From Octopus sinensis (taxonomy: Eukaryota), in assembly GCF_006345805.1 (NCBI RefSeq), contig NC_042999.1:115010001-115074000 (forward strand): a stretch of DNA of 64,000 nucleotides, in the 5' to 3' direction. Positions 13,505 to 24,999 of this stretch are shown piece by piece; positions within the stretch are counted from its first letter, which is position 1, and every line of letters starts with the position of its first letter. The notes under the pieces were generated by a model. It ran no database searches, was not told where the DNA came from, and worked only from the letters and a program-made list of their open reading frames with translations. A program made the translations under genes and the position numbers.

Positions 13505-13571
13505 AAATGCTGTATTGACGTGCAGAGTATGATAGAAATGCTGTATTGACGTGCAGAGTATGATAGAAATG
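13505..13571. repeat. Perfect 31-bp tandem duplication containing TGACGTG
   Basis: aaatgctgtattgacgtgcagagtatgatag x2. Confidence 0.95.
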
Positions 13572-14818
13572 AAATTGCAAGCTGTAAACCTGGTTTGATG
13601 GCTACCAACACTGGAATAAATTGCATATCGAATAGTGATAATTGTTCGTGTTCACACAGTAATTGTAAGTGCAAGCTGAAAATATGTAAAGAAGACCTAA
13701 ACACGTGGCAAGTTAACACTGCTCCAGTGTATAGTAAGTGTAGGCGTAAGATAGAACTGAATCTGCGGACTATAACCTCCGCTGGTGTTCGTTAACCTCG
13801 CAATTGATTGATAAACAGATCGTTTCCTTTGGAAAATTTTCTAGTTTATTTTGTGAACATGCATTTAGATGACACGAATAGTGAAAATGTTAAATAGACG
13901 AATTATCATGAAGATTAACCGAAATCTGCTGCCAGTGATTTTGTAATATTTAGTGTGATGTTACAGGCTGTGATTTCTATAAAGATACAATACAGGAACA
14001 AGGATTTTCCGACAGAAGCGAATTGATTTAGAAAATTCAATTGTCAGATTTTCTGTTGATAAACACCCATATGTAGAGCCTAAGAAAATCTCCCTGAAAG
14101 TATAATGTAAATAAAGTTTATAAAAACATTAGTTTCGCTTTGTGCGTTTACAAGCCTGTAAAGCTATTCGTAGGAAAGCCTATGAAGAAGCTCTCTTCCG
14201 GGGGTAACATAAAACAGACTGTAGCATGTGGCCACTGTTTACCTAAAATCTGGACCACTGAACGGTGAACGGGATGCGAATTTTTTTTCCCATGAGAGTT
14301 CCAGACCCCAGTTATAAGCTCATTTGCATACAGCCAATCAGAGCTCAACTATCAAACTAGAGTCCACCTTGTCACGAAAATACTCTGGTTGAGTTCAGTG
14401 GAAAATGTGCGTTATAGCAAAATATAACTGTTCTAAACGGGTTAATAGGGGTGACAAATGTGAAACTTAGTGTATAAAGTGAATGGAGAGCTGCTCACCG
14501 ATGATACCATAAGTGTTGCCAATTTGCGTAATTTACTAGAAAATGTAAATGAGTGTAGTTTTCTCTTTTTTTTTTTTTTTTGACTGATTTTGTTCATTCC
14601 TAATTTAAAATGTTGGTGTTGATCTGGAAACATCGTAATCAATATGGAATTGTGTCTAACTGCATGTACCCATTGATATATGCAAAGAGGGCGCAATATA
14701 TGCAAAAATGGCTTGAAAGTCATAACATGCCGGCAGGAAAATAACATCACTAGGTGAGACAAGCTGACACCGAATTAGCCTCGCTTAGAGAATGCGTGGG
14801 CTAAGACTACGCGCCTTC

Positions 14819-14923
14819 ATTGGTCAGTTAAAGTTGAGACAGTGTCACGTGACAACTTGCTGGGGCTGCCTGCTGGAGCCTAGCAACAGGTATATAAAGG
14901 GAAATTTGACAAGACAGTCAGTC
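14819..14923 (+). promoter_or_regulatory. Pol II core-promoter-like cluster (CCAAT, palindromic E-box, X-box half, TATA, Inr)
   Basis: ATTGG 14819, TGTCACGTGACA 14843-14854, CCTAGCAAC 14879, TATATAAAG 14891, TCAGTC 14918 with its A 29 nt after the first TATA base. Confidence 0.55.
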
Positions 14924-15117
14924 ACCCGCTGACACTCGTTGATGCTACATCGAAAAGGCCAGAGAACAGAAGAAAGAAGAAGAAAGAAGACATGCACTCA
15001 ACACCAGAGCTGAAGACACCTCCGAAAGTGGGTGGGGGCGCCACGTCAAAACGGTAGAGGAGTAGAGGCCGAAACCGGACGTGGTTCCTCCTGATGATGT
15101 CTTGAGCTAACTAGATC

Positions 15118-15365
15118 CTATAAAGGAGCTGTTGTGGTAGCAGACCGCGAAACACGGTTGAAATTCCTCCTTGGGAGGTATCGTGTGGCTGACTGCAGGA
15201 TCTTGTGGGTGACTACAAAAAGAATATTTGTATCTTTATTTTCACACCTACCCTGAGCGTTTCTCTGTAAGGTAAAGATCGGGATTTCCTTTGCTTTTGT
15301 TATGGCATGCTGAATTAACTTGGGATATTTTTGTTTCTGAAGGAAACATACATTATACATTTATG
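15118..15365 (-). mobile_element. Penelope-like element fragment (RT C-terminal/linker)
   Basis: FLQKQKYPKLIQHAITKAKEIP..NILFVVTHK resembles the PLE F..RGYP..LI..AI.KA..IP..IPFV.T.NP pattern. Confidence 0.7.
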
Positions 15366-16191
15366 CGTGTTTAGGAAACGTGTCTAAATATACTGTTGTA
15401 AAAAAAAAAACCTCTCCATTGCTATGTTTTATGATTCACCCTGCCATGATGCTCAGTTGTATCAGTCTTATTTTCTGTATCTACCGTAGCGATATAATAG
15501 TGAAATATTTTTTTTTCCTTTCTAGTCTCCCAGTTCACATGAAACACTGAAAGGAAACTTGAACAATGAATTGTAAAATTATAAAAGCGGTGTAGGATTT
15601 GTAAATTCTCATCCATACTTTAAATAAACCATTATGAATTCAAGACTGCACTAAAAGTTCATACCCAAGGTGTTGACTAGTGCGATCGAACCCATAAACA
15701 ACGTAGCTACGAAACGAACTTCGTAGCAACCCAGCCATCCCCCCAGTTAATATATAGATATTTTTGCAGCCCTACCATCACTTACTTATGCCAACGTACC
15801 ACCAAAATATTAAATGCCTTTGTCACGTTTTACAAAAATTGATTGCTTGATTGATTACTCGCTATCGCAGTAAGTTCAGCTATTTTTTAAGAATGATAAC
15901 TAAACAAAAATTTTTTTGATAGAAATTTTACAGTCCTCGCAAGTTTTGTTGATATTAATTATGCAGTCCATCTTTTATTTAATATATAATATGTTGTGCG
16001 AGTTGTAGGTTATACAGAAATATCAAAAACAAAAGCGAACGAAATAATATACAAATATGTTTCTATACGTAGGTACATAAAACGATTTCTTTCAGATAGT
16101 CATGGCGATATTGTTCGTAAAGTAGTGCAAAATACATTCAAATAGGAATAAGCTGACATATATTAGGGAACAGACAGATTGATAGATAGAC

Positions 16192-16243
<52 letters not shown>

Positions 16244-16299
16244 TTGTTTTGGCTTGCATCCTACAGATTTAACCGACAGTCTCGGAAGATGTGCGTGCG

Positions 16300-16500
16300 C
16301 GCGCGTGTGTATTTGGTTTGATAATAGGGGTTCCTAGTTCTATCAAGTCACATATGGGATCACCAGGATATTGTCAAGCAGGAAGACTAGGGCAAGCCAT
16401 AGGAGGTGATGTGGCGAATGGTTCTACCCCAGTTTCCTGTAGGTACCCAAATTGCCACCTCTGTAGATACCCGGAGCAGAAACGTATTGGATTTTGAGTG
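16300..16500 (-). mobile_element. Degraded LINE ORF2 3' fragment (RTE-X-like)
   Basis: Frameshifted RWQFG.. / HLLWL.. / LT.YP-like motifs. Confidence 0.35.
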
Positions 16501-16679
16501 AGCAATTTGGACATTTAGGACTTGCTTTCACACCCTTCACAATTGTGTGATACCAGTACCGCTACAAGGACACATAAGGTTCATTTCTTTTCTGCAGAGA
16601 AGGTCAGTTTACGAAGACCATACAAAGCTATCTTTTAGGGTAGTGAGAGCCCATCCGAACTTAATTATCCATTAAAGGG

Positions 16680-17050
16680 TGGTGGATATTCAAGTGTATC
16701 GACCCACCACCACTACGACACCCAAGTACTTGACTACTTTGATCTGTCGAAGTACTTTGACCTGTCGAACCCGGAAAGTTAAAAGGCAAAGTTAATGGGA
16801 TTTGAACTCAAACACGGAACATATATGACCATAACTAAACACCACAAAGAATTCTGTTCATCACCCTGCCGATTCTATCAATCCAACTTCTTGAATACAT
16901 TCAACTATAATATTTGCAATTTGAATATAAGGTCATATATTTGGAGATAAGATATGGTCGATTATATTTCTCCCTAGTGGTTAACGGGTACTTTATTTCA
17001 TCAACTCCGGTAGGTTAAAAGGCAAAGTGAGTCTCGGCGGAATAATTCAA
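16680..17050 (-). mobile_element. Two degraded SINE family B fragments
   Basis: gttaaaaggcaaagt..atttgaactc and gggtactttatttcatc..aaaaggcaaagt. Confidence 0.6.
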
Positions 17051-17304
17051 AGTCGAAATACATACTGACAAATATAGAACGCCTAATGTAGAATTTTTCC
17101 TTTTCGATACCATTTGTTGGCTTTTTTTTTTTTTAGTTAATATCGGACCAGATAGTTCTTCTGATTATTATGCTAAAGGAATGCGAAGATCACAAGTGTA
17201 GCCTTACTTCTTTAATATACTATTATATATATTTATCTGTATATATATGAATGAGTGGACAAACGAAAGGGCACTCAACACATTTATTGGGAGTTACATT
17301 TCTT

Positions 17305-17521
17305 TTATTCTTTTACTTGTTTCAGTCATTTGACGGCGGCCAAGCTGGAGCACCGCCTTTAGTCGAACAAATCAACCCAAGGACTTATTCTTTGTAAGCC
17401 TAGTACTTATTCTATCGGTCTCTTTCGCCGAACCGCTAAGTTACAGGGATGTAAACACACCAACATCGGTTGTCAAGCGATATGGTGGGGGACAAACACA
17501 GAATCACACACACACACACAC

Positions 17522-17553
<32 letters not shown>

Positions 17554-17559
17554 CATATA

Positions 17560-17628
<69 letters not shown>

Positions 17629-17880
17629 TATAAAAGAAATGAAGAAAATGCTGACAAAATAATTTAAGTAATTTAAGTAATTTAATTAGGTGAAGTTCTT
17701 TTTACCGGTTGCGCATTTGTTATGCTTATCAAAATTTTTTTAAGAGAGAAAGAGTTCCTTTCTGATAGATTTTTTCCTCTTGAGGAAAAAATCTACTTAA
17801 ATTATTTTGTCAGCATTTTCTTCATTTCCTTTTTTATATATCACAACTCGTGTTCCACATCTCCTTTTTTAAATATATAT

Positions 17881-17950
<70 letters not shown>

Positions 17951-18111
17951 CAACGGGCCTCTTTCAGTTTCCGTCTACCAAATCCACTCACAAGGCTTTG
18001 GTCGGCCAGAGGCTATAGTAGAAGACACTTGCCCAAGGTGCCAAGCAGTGGCACTGAACCCGGAACCATGTGGCTCGGAAGCAAGCTTCTTACCACACAG
18101 CCACTCCCGCG
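17305..18111 (-). mobile_element. SINE family A, full length, interrupted in its central microsatellite
   Basis: 3' half at 17305-17510, 5' half at 17950-18111. Confidence 0.92.
17629..17838. mobile_element. MITE-like element with ~42-bp TIRs inserted in the SINE (TA)n tract
   Basis: tataaaagaaatgaagaaaatgctgacaaaataatttaagta and its near-perfect reverse complement at 17794-17838. Confidence 0.8.
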
Positions 18112-18689
18112 ATTGACGCCTTGCATTCGCGGTGTCCCTTTTAAATTCCAGCATTTTAAAAAATAAAGTACTATTCTTTCCCCACACACCTTAATTTTGA
18201 ATTGAATTTACGGTTAAGAGATTCGCTTCGAAATCATGTAGTTCTAGATTCGATCTTATAACACATAACCTGGAGCAAATATCTTCTCATATGACATTAC
18301 ATCGACCCACTATGAGTGAAATTGGGTAAACGGTAACTGTCAAGTTACCATCGGATGAATTGTACCTATTCTTATGCGGTAAACTTACCCTGTCGCTCGG
18401 TTTTAATACCCCTTTTGGCCCTTGGGATACCGTAAGCAGAATCCATTCTTTAGCAAGCATTCATTCCTGGTACCAATCACGGATTAGCTATTAGTCATGG
18501 TTTCTTCACCCTTCCCCACTAATCTTAATTGCTCTGCAAAATATCATGGGCGCATCACTGATTAAGCGATCTTTCCATCATTGATTAAACTATTAATAAA
18601 TCTATAAGGTGATATAGCTCTTATGATAAAAGGCAGATTTTCTCTGCCTGTTACCATGTTCGTTTTTAATACAATTCTACAATATAGAA

Positions 18690-19150
18690 TTTCTTCAATC
18701 GGAATTTACCTATGATTTTTCGAAGTAGATTCGATTGGGTCATGGCATATAAAGTTTTTTTTCAATTTGACCCCCAATTAAGCAAAAATTCGAGAAAAGT
18801 AAATATTTTACGATTTGCCTCTCTAATTTCAACTGCTACACTCCTGCTATTACCATACTTTCTCCTACTTTCTCTTTGCAAGTGTACCTTAAACCACTAC
18901 TCAAAAAAATACAGAGCAAACAGAAACAAATAAATACATAACGATTTACTCCTCACACAATTTCTTCAATTGGAATTTACCTATGATTTTTCGAAGTACA
19001 TTTCACTCGGTCATGGCATATAAATTTCTTTCAATTTGACCCCCAATTAAGCTAAAATTCGAGAAAACTCAATATTTTACGATTTCCCTCTCTCACTTCA
19101 AAGGCTTTACTCCGCCTATTACCACACTTTCTCTCACTTTCTCTTTACAC
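18690..19150. repeat. Diverged ~270-bp tandem duplication
   Basis: ggaatttacctatgatttttcgaagta..ggtcatggcatataaa..tttgacccccaattaagc occurs at ~18700 and ~18970. Confidence 0.9.
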
Positions 19151-19389
19151 ACATAAACACGCAAACATATACATATATGACAGTGTCAATTGTTGAAAGA
19201 AAATTGTAAGCTAAGAAGGTGTGTGTGTGTGTGTGTGGTGTGTGTGTGTGCGCGTGTGTGTGTGTGTGTGTGTGTCTGTGTGTCTGTGTGTGTGAGTGTG
19301 TGTGTGTGTGTGTGTGTAGGAAATGAAGGATAAAAATATGGCAAGAAGTGGACAGATGTACATATATACATACATCCATACATACATAC

Positions 19390-19421
<32 letters not shown>

Positions 19422-19441
19422 GTATTAATGTGTGTGTGTTA

Positions 19442-19830
19442 TCTCTCTCTATATAAAGCTGAAGTTGTCTGTGTGCGGCAGGTTTGGTAGCCTTCAACTA
19501 ACACTATCTCCTCTGAGACCCTGCGACGCATGTTGACCAAAATTGAGAGTATGATAGAAGGGTTGCTCTTCCTTCCGCAGAAGATAAAATTCAAATCGGA
19601 CCATGTTAACACCAAAAATTATTTACATCAAAAAGGTGCTTTTTTCTATGAAAATCCCTATTTTTTACGATTTTTTCACTGCTGTGTCGCCACTTTTCGG
19701 TGTATTTCAACCAGAAAAATGTTCACTTGAAGAGAATAACAAGCTACATAAATGCAAAATTTTTACTTTTCAAAAATTCCAATTCCAGCGGGTCGAAACA
19801 AACCCGAGCAACGACGGGCGATACTGCTAG
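19442..19830 (+). mobile_element. Non-autonomous Helitron, apparently complete
   Basis: A|TC start (tctctctctatataaagctgaag), 3' hairpin cccgagcaacgacggg, CTAG|T end. Confidence 0.75.
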
Positions 19831-21571
19831 TTTACAATAATTGAACCGGTTTGAAGATTCCCTGATTTTAAAAGTTGTGTGAGAATGAGGGATATAGAGC
19901 TATGCTGTAACTGTCTGACCTATGAACGGTGCTTGAAAATTCGTTCCCCTTTATATTAAAAAAAATATATGTCAAATTGTTATCAGTTAAGATAAAGATT
20001 AATTGGCTGAAAATAGTCACAAGGTCAGGAATACAATTTGGAAAATTCTCTGCCTGACCTCATAACCATCTTCAACCATATTGCATGGATATTGATAGCG
20101 CCAAAAGTCACACATACACATGTGTGGTGGGTAGGGTTGTATTGTGCGTATGAGTGTAATGTAAAACGATTATAATAGTACTTCTCCGGTTTCGCGCCTG
20201 GATACTCATCATAGAAATAGGTATTAGATGGAAGATCATAGAGGCCATATAAAAGTTGGTAGAAGGAAGAGGAGATATAGTTGGTAAGTCTGTTATGCGT
20301 GTTTTTGCTATTAAAGTGAATATTATTTAAAGAAATAATAAACTCTATTGGCTTTTTGGTTCTAGTGGAGGACGTATTGAATGAATCATGTATTTGACGT
20401 ACATTTAGGAAAATATTTACTTTATAGTGGATAATTTTAAATTTCTGTACTCAGTCTCATATATTCATCTAACTAGGCACAGTAGTACCTCATCCATTCA
20501 TTCAGGTCGAAGAGTGTGGAACCACTTCTTCGCCATTATTGTTTGCAGGTCTATTCCGAACCTGAGTTGTGGTTCCTGTCAGGGTCCCGGTTAGTGTTAA
20601 ATAACATGTAACCAACCAAGCCAGGAAACGTTAAAATCATGGGATGTAGCATGGTGGATGTAAACTACTTTTAGCTGATGAATTTATTGAGTCAATGGCG
20701 AATATCATCACTAGATGCTGGGCGGATGGACAAACAACAAACTGTCAATGGCCAGGTTCAACCAATTCAGTTAACATATTACCATCATCTATACTCGTGG
20801 CGTGCGCAGATGAGACATTTCAGCAAGCGAAGAGTAACTAAAACTCTGATTAAACTTTCATACCTCGTCACTTGATCAGCAGAACCCCAAGAACCACATT
20901 TCAGCAAGTTACAAGATCAGTATGTGACGTACTATATTCCTATTTATATTTTCTTTAGAATTTGTTAATTTAGTTTGTATTATAGATATAAACCCTGTAT
21001 TTTTCAATGTTTTTAATGTTTAATTTTAATATATACTGTTAAAGCAGAGGGGTGAATTTTAATCTTTTGTCAGTTTTAAAGAATATGCTATTTATTACAA
21101 GAATATTTTAAAGAGGAGTGATTTTTTTAATAGCATATTCTTAATTGCATATTCTTCATTAGTTAGTCTTAAGAAAAGATTTTTATTAAGAATACGTAAT
21201 TAAAAAAATATAATTAAAGTTTATTCTTTTGGGATGCATACGTGATGGTTTCCATTCACACAACTGTACATGTCTTCTTTCCCAGTTATTACACACCCAA
21301 CTTTATGTATTCATATGTATACAATAGTTCATATGAAATCGCTTCTTTCTCAATATTTTATGCATTGAAACTAAAGAAACTTTTGAGTAACGTTATGTGC
21401 AGACAAATCACCTGATTAAAAAAAAGAAGGTCTGAAACCGATACACATTGCATACGTTCGTAATCCAATTCATTTTTGAAGAATCAAATATTTAAAATAT
21501 ATGAAAATATATTTAAATACAGATAGATACACACATACATATATAATATATGTCTGTCTATGTATATGTAC

Positions 21572-21624
<53 letters not shown>

Positions 21625-21953
21625 CATACATACATATACATACATACGTACGTATGTATATGGATGATCTACATAGAAATAAATTATATAAATGAGACTA
21701 AAAGTATATAAAGGCGAAAAACGTATTGTCTTTTACTTAATGCTTGAAATAATTTTATTTATTCTTAATCGTCTTCACAATTCCTATTTCACAGTTACAC
21801 TATTATGTACAATGGGATAAATTTATTAGTTTTAATATATTTTCTCACTCTTTCATTGGTCGAAAGTTAAAATGATTCCTTTAACAATGGGAGTATTTTG
21901 AGACTTATACACACATGCATATATATATAAGTGTGTGTGTGTATTGTAATGTG

Positions 21954-22028
<75 letters not shown>

Positions 22029-23413
22029 TAATATATATGGTCATATATTTATGTATGTATGCATAGTAATTTGTTCTTCGCATACCTGCTTAATAGATAA
22101 TAGAATTAACAAAGTTACACTTGAAAAAATGTATTTTGATGAAATAAATATAAATTAATAGACGATAAAATATCTAAAATATTAAATGATATTAAATGTG
22201 TCTTCGTTTGTGTGTGTGTGTGCGCACACACACACACACACACACAGTCATATATATGGCCGTATAACGGGTGTTGATGTCGCTGTTAATCTCAGTTTGC
22301 CGGCCAGAGCGAGATGCATTTTGAACTAAACAATTTCCCGATCGAAATTTTGGAAGTTATTTCTGGCAAACACGTTATGTAACAGCATATTCTCTGTACA
22401 CAGCGCTTCTGCCACGTTCTTGCCTTTATAAAATAAAAAGCATCATGTGTCGATAATGCTCGTTTGTAATCCCAAGCACACAAAATACAACCTGTCTCGT
22501 CACAAGTTCGCGTCGAACTCAGTTGAAGTGTCAAGTAGCTAAAGAGTACGCATGTGCAAGAGACAATCTGGAGTTAGTTACTTATTAGAGTGCCTGCAGT
22601 TTAGGGACAACAAAAACCTAACGGATGTTTTTGCCCAACCTATTATATTGAGAGGCATCTATGATTTCGAATCCAACTAGTCAATCATCGAGGATTACGT
22701 CCTCGCACACTAATGGATTTACATGCCTGCTATGTTTATCTGAGAATTACAACATACTGATGTAACGTTTAATTTGTTAAACTAGAATTAGTCCCGTCTC
22801 TTCCTGCATTAGACAACGTGTATATATGATGAACACTTTATCAACAGGTTCGATGTTGTAAGAATCGTCTATTGTCAATGTCAGCCATATTATCAACGCC
22901 GGCCATACGCTAAGTTACCTACAAGTAGTTTTTGTATTTTTTCTTTTTTAATATTCTTGAAATTCACTGCTTTTCATTGCCACAAACGATTTTTTTTCGT
23001 TGAGTTCATTCCCCTTCGAACATATATACAAATATACACACATCCACAACATACACACTCACAGAGTATACACACATCCACACACACAGAGTATAAACAC
23101 ACACACGCTCAAACACGCATACATACACGTAGAAAGGCCTCTGTACGATGGGACGTACACACTCACTCCCACACATACACAGACACACACGTGTGCAACA
23201 TATAAACTGCCTCTAATACACCGCCTCTAACATTAAAGCTTTTTCAACTGGCAAGAGAAAATCAAATATTTGTGCCGTTGCTACGAATATGGCTATCTCT
23301 TCTTCGTTCACCTACTTACTGCTTTACCTTTGCTTTGTGCCATATCGGTCCTCTTTTCACTGCTTATTCACTCGTTCTGTACACATACCGCACCAACCTT
23401 ATCTATAAAAACA

Positions 23414-23458
<45 letters not shown>

Positions 23459-23524
23459 AGTCGTGTGTACATACATATGTGTGTATGTATATGCATACAC
23501 GTATATACGTATATGTATAAACAC

Positions 23525-23576
<52 letters not shown>

Positions 23577-23698
23577 TGCATATACTACATGTAAAACAAA
23601 ATACAAGCACATAGAAGATTAATCAGAAATACATACATATGCTGAATGTACACATGCATAAACAAATCTATTCGCACATGTATACCTACACATGTATT

Positions 23699-23789
<91 letters not shown>

Positions 23790-23807
23790 CATATATATAT
23801 ATATATG

Positions 23808-23853
<46 letters not shown>

Positions 23854-24025
23854 CATACATACATGCATACATATATATAGATAGATAGATACATACATAC
23901 ATACATACATACATATACATATTTACACATATATATAATATATATACACATATACATATATACATATATGCATATATATATACATAATTACATATATATA
24001 TATATATATATATACGCATATATAC

Positions 24026-24076
<51 letters not shown>

Positions 24077-24299
24077 AAGAAACGGAGTTAAGCGCAGGTT
24101 TTATTAAAATCTTTATACCTCCGACATATGTTTCGAAGAAACATTAGTATTATTCCAGAGGGAATAAAATTATGTAAAACAAAGCGATCTTCTCATCGGG
24201 GAAAAAAAGAGAAATAAAATACATCAACAAGCTATTTTTACCCTGGTAACTATTTATTTTTTCCATGTTATTTGTACACATTGAAAAAATACACATACA

Positions 24300-24344
<45 letters not shown>

Positions 24345-24348
24345 TATA

Positions 24349-24393
<45 letters not shown>

Positions 24394-24395
24394 CA

Positions 24396-24427
<32 letters not shown>

Positions 24428-24443
24428 CATATATATATGTACA

Positions 24444-24805
24444 TACTCTTTTACTTGTTTCAGTCATTTGACTGTGGCCATGCTAGAGCACCGCCTTTAG
24501 TCGAGCAAATCGACCCCAGGACTCATTCTTTGTAAGCCTAGTACTTATTATATCGGTCTCTTTTGCCGAACCGCTAAGTTACGGGAAAGTAAACACACCA
24601 GCATCGGTCGTCAAGCGATGTTGGGGTGACAAACAAAGACACACAAACACACACACATATATACATATATACGACGGGCTTCTTTCAGTTTCCGTCTACC
24701 AAATCCACTCACAAGGCTTTGGTCAGCCCGAGTCTATAGCAGAAGACACTTGCCCAAGGTGCCACGCAGTGGGACTGAACCCGGAACCATGTGGTTCGTA
24801 AGCAA
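24444..24805 (-). mobile_element. SINE family A, near full length
   Basis: Colinear reverse complement of 52880-53259. Confidence 0.95.
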
Positions 24806-24838
<33 letters not shown>

Positions 24839-24999
24839 TACTTTTAATAATGGGGAAGTTACAAAGTAATTGTTGGCCTTGTGCTAAAATTTGAAGCCAA
24901 TATTATAAATATATATATTCGATATGTAAACGTTTAATAGAGAGTCCTCGATATTATGGACAACTTGTGAACTCTTCGTAAACAATACAGTTATTCACT

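Noticed and set aside
20248-20290. TATAAAAG followed by a G|GTAAGT donor
   Set aside because: The implied first exon would be under 10 nt, and nothing else supports it.
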